From the NCBI GenBank assembly GCA_963702475.1, contig CAVPCT010000004.1, positions 128,001 through 192,000 of the forward strand: a DNA stretch of 64,000 bases. The letters are read 5' to 3'. This document shows, piece after piece, positions 1 to 12,927 of this stretch. Under the pieces are notes generated by a model. That model searched no databases, was not told the origin of the DNA, and worked only from the letters and a program-made list of their open reading frames with translations. The DNA comes from an uncultured Thermoleophilia bacterium (GTDB taxonomy: Bacteria; Actinomycetota; Thermoleophilia; UBA2241). The stretch's first letter is position 1. Each line of letters begins with the position of its first letter. The position numbers were made by a program, and so were the translations under genes.

Positions 1-783
1 CGACTCGCCTTCTTCGAACTCGCTCGCCGGCACGGCGCGCTCCTTCTGCACCTTGAGGAACTCCGCCGGGTCGGGAGTGAGGTTGAAGCGCCCGTAGTAC
101 ACGGGGCACACGGCCATGGCCTCGACCATGCTGAAGCCCTTGTGGGCGATGCCGCCGGCGATCACGTCGACAAGCTGGCGGTAGCCCCAGGCGGTGCCGC
201 GGGCGACGTAGGTCGCCCCCGCGGCGTGCGCCAGCTCGCAGAGGTCGAAGGCGGGCTCCACGTTGCCGTACACGCTCGTCGTCGACTTGTCGCCGGTGTG
301 CGTGGTCGGGCTCATCTGCCCGCCGGTCATGCCGTAGATGGAGTTGTTGAACACCAGCGCGGTCACGTCGATGTTGCGCCGCGCCGCGTGGATGAAGTGG
401 TTGCCGCCGATGGCCGAGCAGTCGCCGTCGCCCATGGCGACGATCACGTGCAGGTCCGGGTCGGCCGTCTTCACTCCCGTGGCGACGGCCAGGGCGCGCC
501 CGTGGGCGGTGTGCACGGTCGAGTACTCGACGTACTGGGAGATGCGGCCGCTGCAGCCGATGCCTGCCACCACGACGACCTTGTCCGGGTCCAGGTCGAG
601 GCCCAGGATCGCGTCGATGAGGGCGCGCGTGATGGTCCCGTTGGAGCACCCGGGGCACCAGATGGTGCGCGCGGTGCGCAGCCACGGTGTGATCTCGCTG
701 GTCTTGTGGAGCTTGATGCGCGGCAGCTTGAAGTCGGCCTTCGGCTCCTGCTCCAGCTGCTCCTGGTCGACGAGGGCGCTCAT
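1..783 (-). CDS. korB: 2-oxoacid:ferredoxin oxidoreductase beta subunit (3' end outside window)
   Basis: Manual translation from ATG 783: WCPGCSNG, GIGCSGR, HTAHGRA, GDGD..IGGNH, NNSIYGMTGGQMSPTT (TPP-binding beta-subunit motifs). The ATG overlaps the korA stop. Confidence 0.9.
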   Translation of the reverse strand, partial: MSALVDQEQLEQEPKADFKLPRIKLHKTSEITPWLRTARTIWCPGCSNGTITRALIDAILGLDLDPDKVVVVAGIGCSGRISQYVEYSTVHTAHGRALAVATGVKTADPDLHVIVAMGDGDCSAIGGNHFIHAARRNIDVTALVFNNSIYGMTGGQMSPTTHTGDKSTTSVYGNVEPAFDLCELAHAAGATYVARGTAWGYRQLVDVIAGGIAHKGFSMVEAMAVCPVYYGRFNLTPDPAEFLKVQKERAVPASEFEEGES

Positions 784-1943
784 GACGCCTCCCAATCCTG
801 GTAGTAGTACTCCTTCTTGACGAGCTCTTTGATCTCGTCGGGCGTGATCAGCTTGCCGTCCACGCGCCCGTAGTCGACGACCTTGGCGCGCCCGCCGACC
901 GCCGCCTGGACCTCCCAGCTCATCTGTTTGATGTTCATCTCGGGGACGATGACGGTGCGCACCTGATCGGCCATGCGCTCCACCGACCTGGTCGGGAACG
1001 GCCACAGGGTGATGGGACGGACCATCCCGAGCCGGACGCCTTGTGCGCGGGCCCACTTGACCACGGCCCGCGCCGAGCGGGAGACGCTGCCGTAGGCGAA
1101 GATCGCCACGTCGGCGTCGTGCATCTCGTAGTTCTCCACGCGCACGATGGCGTCGCGGTGGTGGTAGATCTTCTCGCGCAGGTAGCTGCCCAGATCGCTG
1201 GCGACCTCGGGGTCGCCGGTCTCGGGCGCGCCGCTGCGACGGTTGTAGACGAGGCCGGTGACGTGCACGCGGAAGGGCGAGCCGAGCGGCGGCCGCGGGA
1301 GGATGTTGTCGATGTCGCTCATCACGGTGTCGTACTCGTCGGGGTCGCAGTCGGGCAGGCCGCGCTCGGCGATGCGCAGGCTGCCCGGCTCCGGCAGCAC
1401 GACCGCCTCGCGCATGTGACCGACCAGCGCGTCCGAGAGGATGATCACCGGGGTGCGGTACTGCTCGGCCAGGTTGAAGGCCGCCACCGTGAGCGTGTAG
1501 CACTCGAGCACGCCGCTCGGGGCGAGGGCGATGATGGAGTGCTCGCCGTGCGTGCCCCAGCGGGCCTGCATCACGTCGCCCTGGGCGGGCTCCGTGGGCA
1601 GGCCCGTGGAGGGCCCGCCGCGCATCACGTCGACGATGACGCAGGGGATCTGCGCCATGGTGGCGAAGCCGATCATCTCCTGCATCAGGCTGAAGCCCGG
1701 GCCGGAGGTCGCGGTGAGCGCCTTCTTGCCGGCCAGGCTGGCGCCGCAGACGGCGGCGATGGAGGCGATCTCGTCCTCCATCTGGATGAAGCGGCCGCCG
1801 ACCTCGGGCATGCGCCTGGCGAGCCGCTCGGCGATCTCGGTGGACGGGGTGATGGGGTAGCCGGCGAAGAAGCGCGCGCCGGCGGCTATGGCGCCCTCGG
1901 CGACCGCCTCGTTGCCCTGCAGCAGGATGGGTGTCCCGGCCAT
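780..1943 (-). CDS. korA: 2-oxoacid:ferredoxin oxidoreductase alpha subunit
   Basis: GNEAVAEGA, FAGYPITPSTEI, QMEDEIAS, TATSGPGFSLMQE, RGGPSTGLPT; start at MAGTPILL (ATG 1943). Confidence 0.92.
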   Translation of the reverse strand: MAGTPILLQGNEAVAEGAIAAGARFFAGYPITPSTEIAERLARRMPEVGGRFIQMEDEIASIAAVCGASLAGKKALTATSGPGFSLMQEMIGFATMAQIPCVIVDVMRGGPSTGLPTEPAQGDVMQARWGTHGEHSIIALAPSGVLECYTLTVAAFNLAEQYRTPVIILSDALVGHMREAVVLPEPGSLRIAERGLPDCDPDEYDTVMSDIDNILPRPPLGSPFRVHVTGLVYNRRSGAPETGDPEVASDLGSYLREKIYHHRDAIVRVENYEMHDADVAIFAYGSVSRSARAVVKWARAQGVRLGMVRPITLWPFPTRSVERMADQVRTVIVPEMNIKQMSWEVQAAVGGRAKVVDYGRVDGKLITPDEIKELVKKEYYYQDWEAS

Positions 1944-1944
1944 G

Positions 1945-2306
1945 TCAGTGCTCCTCGTGGTCGGTGGTGCACCGGTGCTGGTCGCCGGTGACCTCGGCCG
2001 CCTTCTCGCCCTTGGCCCCGGCCAGCGCCGCGTACACGCGCCCGGCGTCGTCGCTCGGCTCCTCGGCGGCCTGAGTATCCTCGGCGGCGCCCTTCTTCTC
2101 CCGGCGCCGCACCTCGATGGCGAAGTCGGGGCAGTGCAGCTCGCACAGCAGGCACATGGTGCAGTCGTCCGGGCGCGCCACCACGGCCTCACCCATCTCG
2201 GCGGCGTCGAACACGTGCGTGGGGCACAGCTCGATGCAGATGCCGCACGCCTTGCAGAGGCTCGCGTCGAGCTGCACGGGGGACTCCTGCACGCTTGGCT
2301 TGCCGC

Positions 2307-2310
<4 letters not shown>
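1945..2310 (-). CDS. 4Fe-4S dicluster ferredoxin (KorD/delta subunit)
   Basis: Two CxxCxxCxxxCP motifs ([24 protein letters not shown]); lies between hutU and korA. Confidence 0.88.
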
Positions 2311-3990
<1,680 letters not shown>

Positions 3991-4451
3991 TTCCGGCCTC
4001 GCCTCTTTCACGGTCGCTTTCCTGCACGCCGCTGCGCGGCGTCTGTCTCTCTCTTCGACTGTAGTACGCGCGCGCGGACGAGCCACCCGCAGGCGTCGTG
4101 GCGTCCCACATGCTGCACCGATTCTCCACCAATTGGGCTGTGGGCGCGCCCGGACGCCTCGCCCCGGGTGCGACCGTGCTCACACGGTGACTCGGGTGGC
4201 GCAGTGCCGACCGACGCACGGGGCACCAGGGCTGTGAAGGTGTTCGAGAAAGCCGCATACGCGTTCACCCCGGCATCACCCGCAAGGGCCCCTGTGACTG
4301 CCGTCAGAAGCAATGGGTGTTCTCTCCACTGCCAGAATGCTGTACTTTGTACTCTCGAACATACATGTATTCCCGTATCGCGGAATCGTGACCGCTGTCG
4401 ATACCGACTCGGACTCGGTGACCAGTGGCAACGCCGCACTGGAGGGATGTG

Positions 4452-5349
4452 ATGGGTCAGCCTTCGGCATCGATGGAAAACGGGCGCAACACCAGCTCGG
4501 CAGCACGCACGCTGGACATCCTTCAGTTCCTCGCGTGCCGCACCCATCCGGTGTCGGCGACCGTCATCGAAGCTGCCTGTGGCATACCTCGGTCGACGGC
4601 CTATACGCTGCTCAATCTGCTGAAGGAACGACGCTTCGTCACGTACTGGCGGGGAGAGCGTTGCTGGAGCGTGGGTCCGGCGACGTCCGAGCTGAGCACG
4701 ACAGCACCGCTGTTCGTCCACGGGCTTGGCGGTGCTGCGCGCGTTTGCGGCCACGAGAAGCAGCCTGTCGACGCGGGACATCGCCCAGCGAGCTCGGCTT
4801 TCCCAATCCACGGCAAGCTCGGGTCGTAGAGCTCCTCGTCACCAGCGACTTGCTTCACGAGGAAGCTGGTGGACGGTACTCCTTGGGGCTCGAGCTCGTG
4901 AGTCTCGCCTCGAGGTCGGGTGGGTCGATCGCCTGCGGATCATGTGTCATCCCCACCTCATCCGACTGCGGGACGCCACGCAGGAGACAGCCAACCTCGT
5001 CCTGCTCGACGGCGACCACGCTCTCTACATCGACCAGATCGAAAGCCGATACTCGCTCCGTCACAGCGGCTGGGTGGGACGAAGGGTCCCGCTCCAGGAC
5101 ACAGCAGTGGGCGCCGCGTTCGCGGACCGCTCGAAGGCACACGTCGCCGCGGACAAAGTCGAGATGGGCGTGACCGGCATAGTCCAGGCGCTTGCACTCT
5201 CAGAGGGCGATGCGGCCGTCAGTGTCTCCGGTCCCACTTGGCGCCTCAAGGAGTTTGGACTAAGTCGAGCGCGCCAGATGGTCGAGGCGGTGGCAAGAGA
5301 GACTGCGATGCGTGTAGACCGAGAGCGGGCGGAGCGAGTCGCTCGATAG
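4452..5349 (+). CDS. IclR-family regulator with two tandem HTH domains (frameshifts ~4725-4920)
   Basis: SAARTLDILQFL..CGIPRSTAY (HTH1); second HTH-like segment; then LRDATQETANL..YIDQIES..VGRRVPL. GGAGG RBS at 4441. Paralogous to the genes at 19156 and 20246. Confidence 0.8.
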
Positions 5350-5386
5350 CCTGACAACCTGAACCACGTCGGACGCCGCTCCCGCT

Positions 5387-5408
5387 GTCTCCTGGGATGC
5401 CACGAGAC
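5387..5408. terminator. Hairpin between convergent genes
   Basis: GTCTCCTGG-GATG-CCACGAGAC inverted repeat with one mismatch, between the IclR stop and the dehydrogenase stop. Confidence 0.35.
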
Positions 5409-5513
5409 CTGACAGACCAGCCTGGCCGGCTGGCCCGGAGCGAACGGCCGTCGGACCTGGTTCTGCAGCTTCGATAGAGTCAGAAGGGATCGCGGCAAGG
5501 CCCGTGTCTTCGA

Positions 5514-6475
5514 TCAGCCGACCCGCGTCGCAAGTTCCCGTCGCAGTTCAAGGACTCTGACGAGGAACTCGTCCCGAAGCGTCCTCGAGCTCGCGAAGGC
5601 TGCGACCGGCCGTCTGCCGGTCGGTCTGCCGCTCGAGCTTGCTCGATGAGTTCCGGCGTGAGCGCCGGACACGTGTTGTACGACCAGTCCGCGGTGCGCG
5701 CCGGGTCGAACTGGCGAAGCGCCGAGGCCAGACCAGCATCACCGCCCTGCATCCAGTAGATCATCGCGGGGCCGAGGAGGGCGTACCGGAGACCCTGGCC
5801 ATCCCTCATGGCCACGTCGATCTCTTCCGTCGTCGCCACGTCTTCGTCGATGAGGTGGAACATCTCGCAGTAGACCGCCTCGAGCAGTCTGCTGCCGATG
5901 TAGCCGGGAATCTCGCGGCGCACGTGCAACGGGGTCTTGCCGAGTCGACGATAGAAGGCCATGGCCGTCTGCACAGCCACATCTGACGTCGACCGACCGC
6001 CCACGACCTCAACAAGGGGAACGATGTGGGCGGGGTTGAAGGGATGGCAGACGAGGACGCGTTCTGGTCTGCCACATCTCTTCTGGAGAGCGCTGGGGAT
6101 GATGCCCGATGAACTCGACGCGATGACGCACGCCGCGGGACTTGCCGTGTCTATCTCCGCCAGCAGATCGGCCTTGAGCTCCTCGTCGTCCGGCGCACAC
6201 TCCATGACGAAGTCGGCTTCGGCGACCGCCCCGTGAAGCGCCTGGTGGAAGGCGAGGTCGTCCGGCGAGACATCGGGCGCCATGCCCACGCGACTGAGCA
6301 TCGGCCACACGCGCCGCACTGTTTCCCGAAGCCTCTCCTCTGCCCCGGGGGCCGGGTCGCTCGCTGTCACGCTCAAGCCCTTCGCAAGGAGAAGTGCCGC
6401 GAGGCGCGAGCCGATCAACCCCGTGCCCACGACCGCCACCCGGCCGATATGCTGCGCGTCATCTCCGCTCGCCAT
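5514..6475 (-). CDS. L-carnitine dehydrogenase-like 3-hydroxyacyl-CoA dehydrogenase family protein (C-terminal frameshifts)
   Basis: VAVVGTGLIG Rossmann motif, DPAPGAE, IASSSSG, HPFNPAHIVPLVEVVGG, EIPGYIGSRL. The frame-corrected end RSLRELE..RDEFLVRVL resembles carnitine dehydrogenase. Confidence 0.75.
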
Positions 6476-6521
6476 CACGCCTCCTTCACACCCCGTCCCG
6501 CACTGATATGCGCCGGCAGGC

Positions 6522-9069
6522 TCACTCCGGGAACCACTCCTCGCCGTAGTGCTCGCCCCTGCTGACGGCACCTTCGGCCAGGAGCTGCTCGATCTCCACG
6601 TCGCCGTAGCCGAGCTCGCGCAGGATCTCGACCGTCTGAGCGCCGTAGGACGGAGCAGGCCCAGGAATCAGCGTGCGCCGCCCCTGGTAGATGACCGCGT
6701 TCGGCGCCACCATGTCGACGGTGTGTCCGGACGGATGGTCCTCGTGCCGGATGAACAGCGGCCGTCCCGAGGTCACCAGGCCGGCGGCGGCGGCCTCAGA
6801 GACGAGATACTCGTCTCGCACGGCCGCCATCGACGTGACATGAGCGACTCCGACGCCGGCTGACATTCAGGATCTCCACCCACTCCGCCGCCGGGCGCTC
6901 GAGGAAACGCTCCTCCAAGAGAGCCTCAAGCATCGCGTCGGCCTTCTCCGCCTCCTGTCCTCGGGCGCGTGTCGGACCGTGGCCGAGAAGCTCCGGGGCC
7001 ACCTCAGGAAGGTCGGCGAACTGGGGCAAGCTGCGAAGATCGACGAATTGGTCCCGGCGCAGACCGATGAAGATCCAGCCGTCCGAGGCGCGATAGAGCC
7101 GGTAGAGGGCGTGCTCGCCCTTCGCCTCCGGCCCCGACGGCTCGTCGAAAGGCTGCCGCCCCTCGAAGTCGTACATGAGGGGCAGCTGGAGGAACTGGGC
7201 CGTCGCGGCCAAGCTGGTCTCCACGTGGGTGAACGCCCCGCGCCTCTCTGCAGCGTGGATCCCGACCAGAGCGGCGAAGGCGCCGAGATAGCCGGCCATC
7301 ATGTCGACGGTGCCGAGATGGGCGTGCTCCTCGGGCGTCTGCAGCGATCCACCGAACCGTGCCATGATTCCCGTCGCTGCCTGGGCGAGATCGTCGAATC
7401 CAAGCTCATCTGAGCGTGGACCGGGCCGGGGCCCGCCGAAGCCCGTGAACTGCACGAAGACGAGCTCGGGCTTGATCGACGACAACGACTCGACGGTCCA
7501 GACCGAGCCCGGGCAACTGCCGATCTGGTCCATTGAAGACGACGGCGTCAGCGGTCTTGACGAGGCGTGCGAACACCTCGCGGCCCCGCGGCTGACGAAT
7601 ATCGACCAGGACACTCCGCTTTCCGCAATTGCACTGCACGGCGAACATGTACGTGCAACTCTGGTCGAATCTGGGCTCGATGACGTCAAGCTTGATGACC
7701 TCGGCGCCGAAGCGTGTCAGCGTCGAGGTGATCGTCGGTCCGGCGATGACGTTGGTCAGGTCAAGGAACCGCAGGCCCGTCAGGGGCGAGGTCTGCGCGG
7801 CGGCGGCAGTCGACGGCCTGGGCCGCGTCCCCTGGGACCGCTCGGAGGCAGCCCCAGGGCGGATCTGGGAACCGCCCGCATCGGCGCTCTCGAGCCACGC
7901 GTGCGGGCCCTGATGAAGCATGCGGCCAAAAGGCGTCGCCGCGGCCTCCGTCACGAGGCCCGAAGCAATCGCGTGGTCGCTGTGGAGCCACTCCTGCGTC
8001 GTCATCTGCGGACAGCCGGGGGCGTGCCGCTCGCGGAACAGACGGTGCCACTCCTCGCTCGAGCGCTGGGCGAGACGCCGGCGGACAAGCGGGCGGATGC
8101 GATCCGCCCAGCGCTTCGACAGCGGATAGGCGTAGAGTGAGCCGCCCTCGGGATCTGCCCAGGTCGAGGATGGTGAGTACGGGTCCTCGAAAGGAAGACC
8201 ATCCGCCACGAGTTCGTCCCAGACGCCAAGGAGCCGCAACGTGCGCTCGGCGTGGCCGCGATGCCCGGGGGCGCAGACGTAGAACGGGCGACTATCGCTG
8301 CAACAGGTAGTTCTCGTAGAGCGGGTCGATGTACTCCCCCAGCTCTTCATAGCTCATGCGAGAGCGGGATCCCCTGCTCTTCGCGCCGGGCTATCTCACG
8401 TTCACGATGTGAGCGAAAACGGTCCGGCAGCCCGTGGATGTGCACGGTGCTGTAGACAAGGCTCTCGAGCACCGCGAGAGCGAGCGGTACTTCGATGATC
8501 TCGCCACGTCCATCGCGTTCTCTGGCATGAAGCGCAGCCATGACCGCGACCGCGGCAAGGGCGGCGGCGTTCGTCGAAGCGACAGGAAGCGGCGTGTAGC
8601 TGGGGATGATGCCACGCAGCTTGCGGTTGAGCCCCATGTCCGTGGACATCCCGAGCACCGCCGAGATCACGCCCTCCCACGCCGGCAGGCCCGCATGCTC
8701 TTCGTCCCTGGCGGAGAACCCGGGCAGAGACAGGTAGATGAGAGCAGGGTCGTCCGCGGTGAGGTCTTCGGCGCCGAGCCCCAACCGCCGCATGACGCCC
8801 GGGCGGAAGTTCTCGATGAGGACGTCGGCCCGGCGGATGAGGTCCCGCGCCTGCGTACGTCCACGCTCGGACTTCAGGTCGAGCTCGACGACCTTCTTGC
8901 CGCGGTTGAGGACCGCGTTCGCCGGATCCTTCCACAGCGGTCCGCCCGGCGGATCGACGTGCACGACGCGGGCGCCCTGGTCGGCCAGCATGAGGGCGAC
9001 CGCCGGACCGGCGACGTACTGCCCGAAGTCGACGACGCTGACGTCGCTCAGCGGTCCGTCAGCGGTCAT
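6522..9069 (-). CDS. Double-domain CaiB/BaiF (family III) CoA-transferase, DddD-like (several frameshifts)
   Basis: Consecutive ORF pieces: DFGQYVAGPAVALMLADQGA, ENFRPGVM, TDMGLNR; second domain LDLTNVIAGP, GFDDLAQAATGIMARFG..TPEEHAHLGTVD, DHPSGH. About 850 codons in total. Confidence 0.8.
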
Positions 9070-9179
9070 TGTCCACCTCCAGGCCACCTGTCGGCATCGT
9101 CCTCAAGCCGGGCGCCGACCCACGTTCGCGGTACCAGGCACGGCGGTCCTTCCATTCTCCCGAAGGCTCTTGCCGCACG

Positions 9180-10052
9180 TCACTGAGGCGGAATGCCGAG
9201 CATGTCGCGAGCCTCGTCCACCGAAGCCGCTCGTGCGCCCAGGCGCTCGATGATCTCGATGGCGCGCGTCACGAGCTGTCCATTCGTGGCCGGCACGCCC
9301 TTCTCCAGGTAGAGGTTGTCCTCGAGGCCCACGCGCACGTTGCCCCCGAGGAGCACGGCCTGAGCGACCACCGGCATCTGCGCACGTGGAGATGCCACAG
9401 GCACTCCAGACTGCCCCCGCGGGCAGAGCATCGACCATGGCCAGCATCGTCTGTGCGGTCGCAGGGGCCCCAAAGGGCAGGCCGAGGACGAACTGGACCC
9501 ACGGTGGCCGTTCCAGGACGCCCGCTTCAGGAGAGTCGTGACGATGCTGAGCCCCGACAGGTCGAAGGCCTCCAGTTCGGGCTTGATGTGCAGCCGCAGG
9601 AGACGCTCAGCCATCCGCCGACACATCTGCGGCGTGTAGATGTTGACATCACGATCGGAGAACACAGCCGTCCCCAGATCGAGCGAGCAGATGTCGGGCA
9701 GAAGTTCCTCCGCATGGGCGATCCTCTCCAGGGCCGGGATCAGGACCGTACCCTCGGCGTACTCGGAGAGGTCGTCGTCGTCGAAGTAGACCTCGCCGCC
9801 CATGCCGCCCGTCAGGTTGATGAGCACATCGACGTTGCTGGCGCGCACCCGCTCGACGACCGTGCGGTAGTGCCCGGTCTCCAGGGAAGGAACGCCGGTC
9901 TCGGGGTCACGGACGTGGATGTGGACGATCGCGGCGCCTGCCTCAGCCGCCTGAATAGCGGCGTCGGCGATGGCGTCTGGCCCGACCGGTCGATGCCGAA
10001 CGGGCATCCCGGCACCAGTCACCGCACAGGACACGATCACGGTGTCACGCAT
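9180..10052 (-). CDS. Beta-keto acid cleavage enzyme (BKACE/DUF849), CdhC-like (compensating frameshifts ~9390-9530)
   Basis: SCAVTG, GAAIVHIHVRDPETG, NLTGGMGG, KPELEAFD, VRVGLEDNLYL. Confidence 0.85.
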   Translation of the reverse strand: MRDTVIVSCAVTGAGMPVRHRPVGPDAIADAAIQAAEAGAAIVHIHVRDPETGVPSLETGHYRTVVERVRASNVDVLINLTGGMGGEVYFDDDDLSEYAEGTVLIPALERIAHAEELLPDICSLDLGTAVFSDRDVNIYTPQMCRRMAERLLRLHIKPELEAFDLSGLSIVTTLLKRASWNGHRGSSSSSACPLGPLRPHRRCWPWSMLCPRGQSGVPVASPRAQMPVVAQAVLLGGNVRVGLEDNLYLEKGVPATNGQLVTRAIEIIERLGARAASVDEARDMLGIPPQ

Positions 10053-10175
10053 CGGTCGACTTCCTTTCGGATCGCATCTCTGCCCGGGGACTGAGGGTCG
10101 AGGCGCACTTCACGAGGTGCCCGTGTCGCTGAGGCGGGCGGCCGGACACGCGGGAGCCCTCGTCCGCCGCTCTCA

Positions 10176-10796
10176 TCACTCCCCCACCTCCCGGCCGGCG
10201 GCGAACGCCGCCAGGTTCAGCTCGTACCAGCTCTTCGGGACGTTGCGGGCGATGGCCTGCCGCCAGGTCTCGACCGCGAACGGCAGGTGCGTGGAGAGCG
10301 CGCCGACGAGCACGATGCCGGCCACCTTGAGGTCGCCGACCTCGAGCGCCACGGCGTTGCCGTCGACGACCACGACGTCGTGGCCGGCCGCGGCCATGCG
10401 CGCGGCCGCGTCGAACGGGTAGGTGTGCTCGCCCTGCGAGGCCAGGGGCGGCACGATCTGCTGGGTGTTGACGATGGCCACGCCGTCGGGCGTGAGCGCC
10501 GGCGCGGCGCGCAGCCCCTCGGCCGCCTCGAAGGCCAGCAGGTAGTCCACTTCGCCGGGGCTGATGCTCGGCGCGACCACCCGCTTGCCGATGCGGATGT
10601 GCGAGCTCACGCTGCCGCCGCGCTGGCTCATGCCGCGGGTCTCGCTGAGCTTGACCTCGAGGCCGCCGTTGAGCAGCGCCGCGTCGGCGACGACGGCGGC
10701 GGCCACGATCACGCCCTGGCCGCCGACGCCCACGACCATGATGTCGTCGACCACGCCGGGGGCGTAGTGCAGGGCGCAGGCGTTCGGGGCGCTCAT
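10176..10796 (-). CDS. iorB: Indolepyruvate:ferredoxin oxidoreductase beta subunit
   Basis: GVGGQGVI, SETRGMSQRGGSVSSHIRIG, NLAAFAAG. Confidence 0.9.
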   Translation of the reverse strand: MSAPNACALHYAPGVVDDIMVVGVGGQGVIVAAAVVADAALLNGGLEVKLSETRGMSQRGGSVSSHIRIGKRVVAPSISPGEVDYLLAFEAAEGLRAAPALTPDGVAIVNTQQIVPPLASQGEHTYPFDAAARMAAAGHDVVVVDGNAVALEVGDLKVAGIVLVGALSTHLPFAVETWRQAIARNVPKSWYELNLAAFAAGREVGE

Positions 10797-12686
10797 GCCA
10801 CGCCCGCCTTCGTGATGGCGCCGGGCTTGCAGAGCTGCGCGCAGAGCGAGCAGCCGGTGCAGGTCTCGGCGTCGATGGCCACCTTGTGGCGGCTCTTGTG
10901 CGTGGCCTCAACGTGCCGCAGCGAGGGGCAGCCGAGCTGCAGGCACTGCTGGCAGGCGTTGCAGAGCGCCTCGTCGACCGCGTAGGGCTCGCCGGAGAGC
11001 TTGGCCGGGAAGAGCATGCAGGGGCGCGTCGTGATGAGCACGGCCGGGCCCTCGAAGGCGAGAGCGGCCCGCAGTGCCTGCAGGCAGGCCCCGTAGTCGT
11101 AGGGGTCGACGTGCACGACGTGCTCGACGCCGAGGGCGCGGCAGATGACGGCGATGTCGACGGGCTTCGTCTCCGCGCCGGCGAGGGTCTGCTCGTTGCC
11201 GGGGTTGGTCTGGCCGCCGGTCATGGCGGTGATGCGGTTGTCCTGGATGAGCACGGTCACGTTGGTGCGCTGGTGGACGGCGTTCAGCAGCCCCGTGAGG
11301 CCGCTGTGCAGGAAGGTGGAGTCGCCGATCACGGCGATGGAGCCCTTCTCGCTGCCCCCGGCGCGCCTGAAGCCCTGCTCGAGGGGGATGCTGGCGCCCA
11401 TCTCGAAGGCCGAGTGCATGTGGCAGACCGGCGGCAGCGTGGTGAGGTCGTAGCAGCCGATGTCGCCGTGCACGTCGAGGTCGAGCTTCTTCATCGCCGT
11501 GGCCATGCCGCGGTGCGGGCAGCCGCTGCACAGCACGGGCGGCCGCGGGATGACTGTGACGTCCTCCGCGGCCTTCTCCTCGGCCCAGCGCGGCAGGTCG
11601 AGGCCGGCCTCGAAGAAGCCCCGGCCGACACGCACGGCGGTCAGCTCGCCCCACTGCGGGAACCACTGCTTGCCCTCGCAGGCGATGCCGGCGGCGAGGA
11701 GCTGCTCCTCGAGGTACGGCTCGAGCTCCTCGACCACGAACAGGCGGTCGACCGTCGCGGCGAAGCGGCGGATGACCTCGAGGGGCAGCGGCTGGATCAT
11801 GCCGAGCTTGAGGAAGCGGGCGTCGGGCAGGGCCTCCTTGGCCGAGACGTAGGCGGCGCCGGCGCTGAGCACGCCGATGCGCGCCGCGCCGCCGCCCTGG
11901 AGCGCGACCAGGCCGGCGCCTGCGGCGCCGGCCCCGGCCTCGACGCGCGCCAGCTCGCCGGTGAGCGCCGTCGCCTCGGCGTACTGCCGCAGGCGCTCGA
12001 CGCGTTCCAGCAGGCTGCGGTGCAGCGGGCGCGAGAAGCGCGGCAGCAGGCTGTACTTCGCGGTGATGCGGTGCGGCGGCTTGCGCTCCGGCGGCGTGAC
12101 GGCGCAGGCGCGCGCGGGTCGCCGTCGCCGCGCGGCCGCGGCCGTCCGCGCCGTCCTCGTCGTCCGCGCCGATGCGCACGAGCGACTTCTGGTGCGCCGT
12201 CTGGATGCTGAGGCGCACCATCACCGGCACGTCGAACTGCTCGCTGATCTCGAAGGCCAGGCGGGTGTACTCGTAGCACTCCTGGCTGTCGGCCGGCTCC
12301 AGCATCGGCATGCTGCTCATGCGGCCGAAGTAGCGGTCGTCCTGCTCGGTCATGCCGCTGGCCATGCCGGGGTCGCCGGCGAGGCAGACGACGAGGCCGC
12401 CGTTGACGCCCGTGTACACGGAGCTGATGAGCGGGTCGGCGGCCACGCTGGCGCCGGCGCTCTTCATCGCCGTGAGGGCGCGGGCGCCGCCCATGGAGGC
12501 CCCGAACGCCACCTCGTAGGCGACCTTCTCGTTGGTGGACCACTCGGCGTAGACGCCGTCGTAGCGCGCCAGGCTGGTGACGATCTCGGTGCTGGGCGTG
12601 CCGGGGTAGGCCGCCGCCACCTGCACGCCCGCCTCCCAGGCGCCGCGCGCCACGGCCTCGTTGCCCAGCATCAGGTGCGTTTCCAT
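10793..12686 (-). CDS. iorA: Indolepyruvate:ferredoxin oxidoreductase alpha subunit (frameshift ~12100)
   Basis: LGNEAVARGAWEAG, AYPGTPSTEI, NEKVAYE; PRPPVLCSGCPHR, GDIGCY, IGDSTFLHSG, DNRITAMTGGQ; C-terminal ferredoxin motifs. Confidence 0.9.
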
Positions 12687-12927
12687 GCAGTCCCTCGCGG
12701 TCGAAGTCCGAGTAGCTGCCGGCTCCCGGCAGACACAGGTTCAGTCTGGCGGGGACGATGCGGGTGGCGGGGCCTTCGGCGCGGTATTCCGCCCCGTCGG
12801 ACGATTCCGAAGGGCGCGGAGCACATCAAGTCCGAAATGGTGGCCTGGATGCTCGTCAGAATGTGCACCGTCAGACGCCGTTGAGCGCCCCACGCCGAAG
12901 ATCTGGCGCAACCATCGGCGCCCTCTG

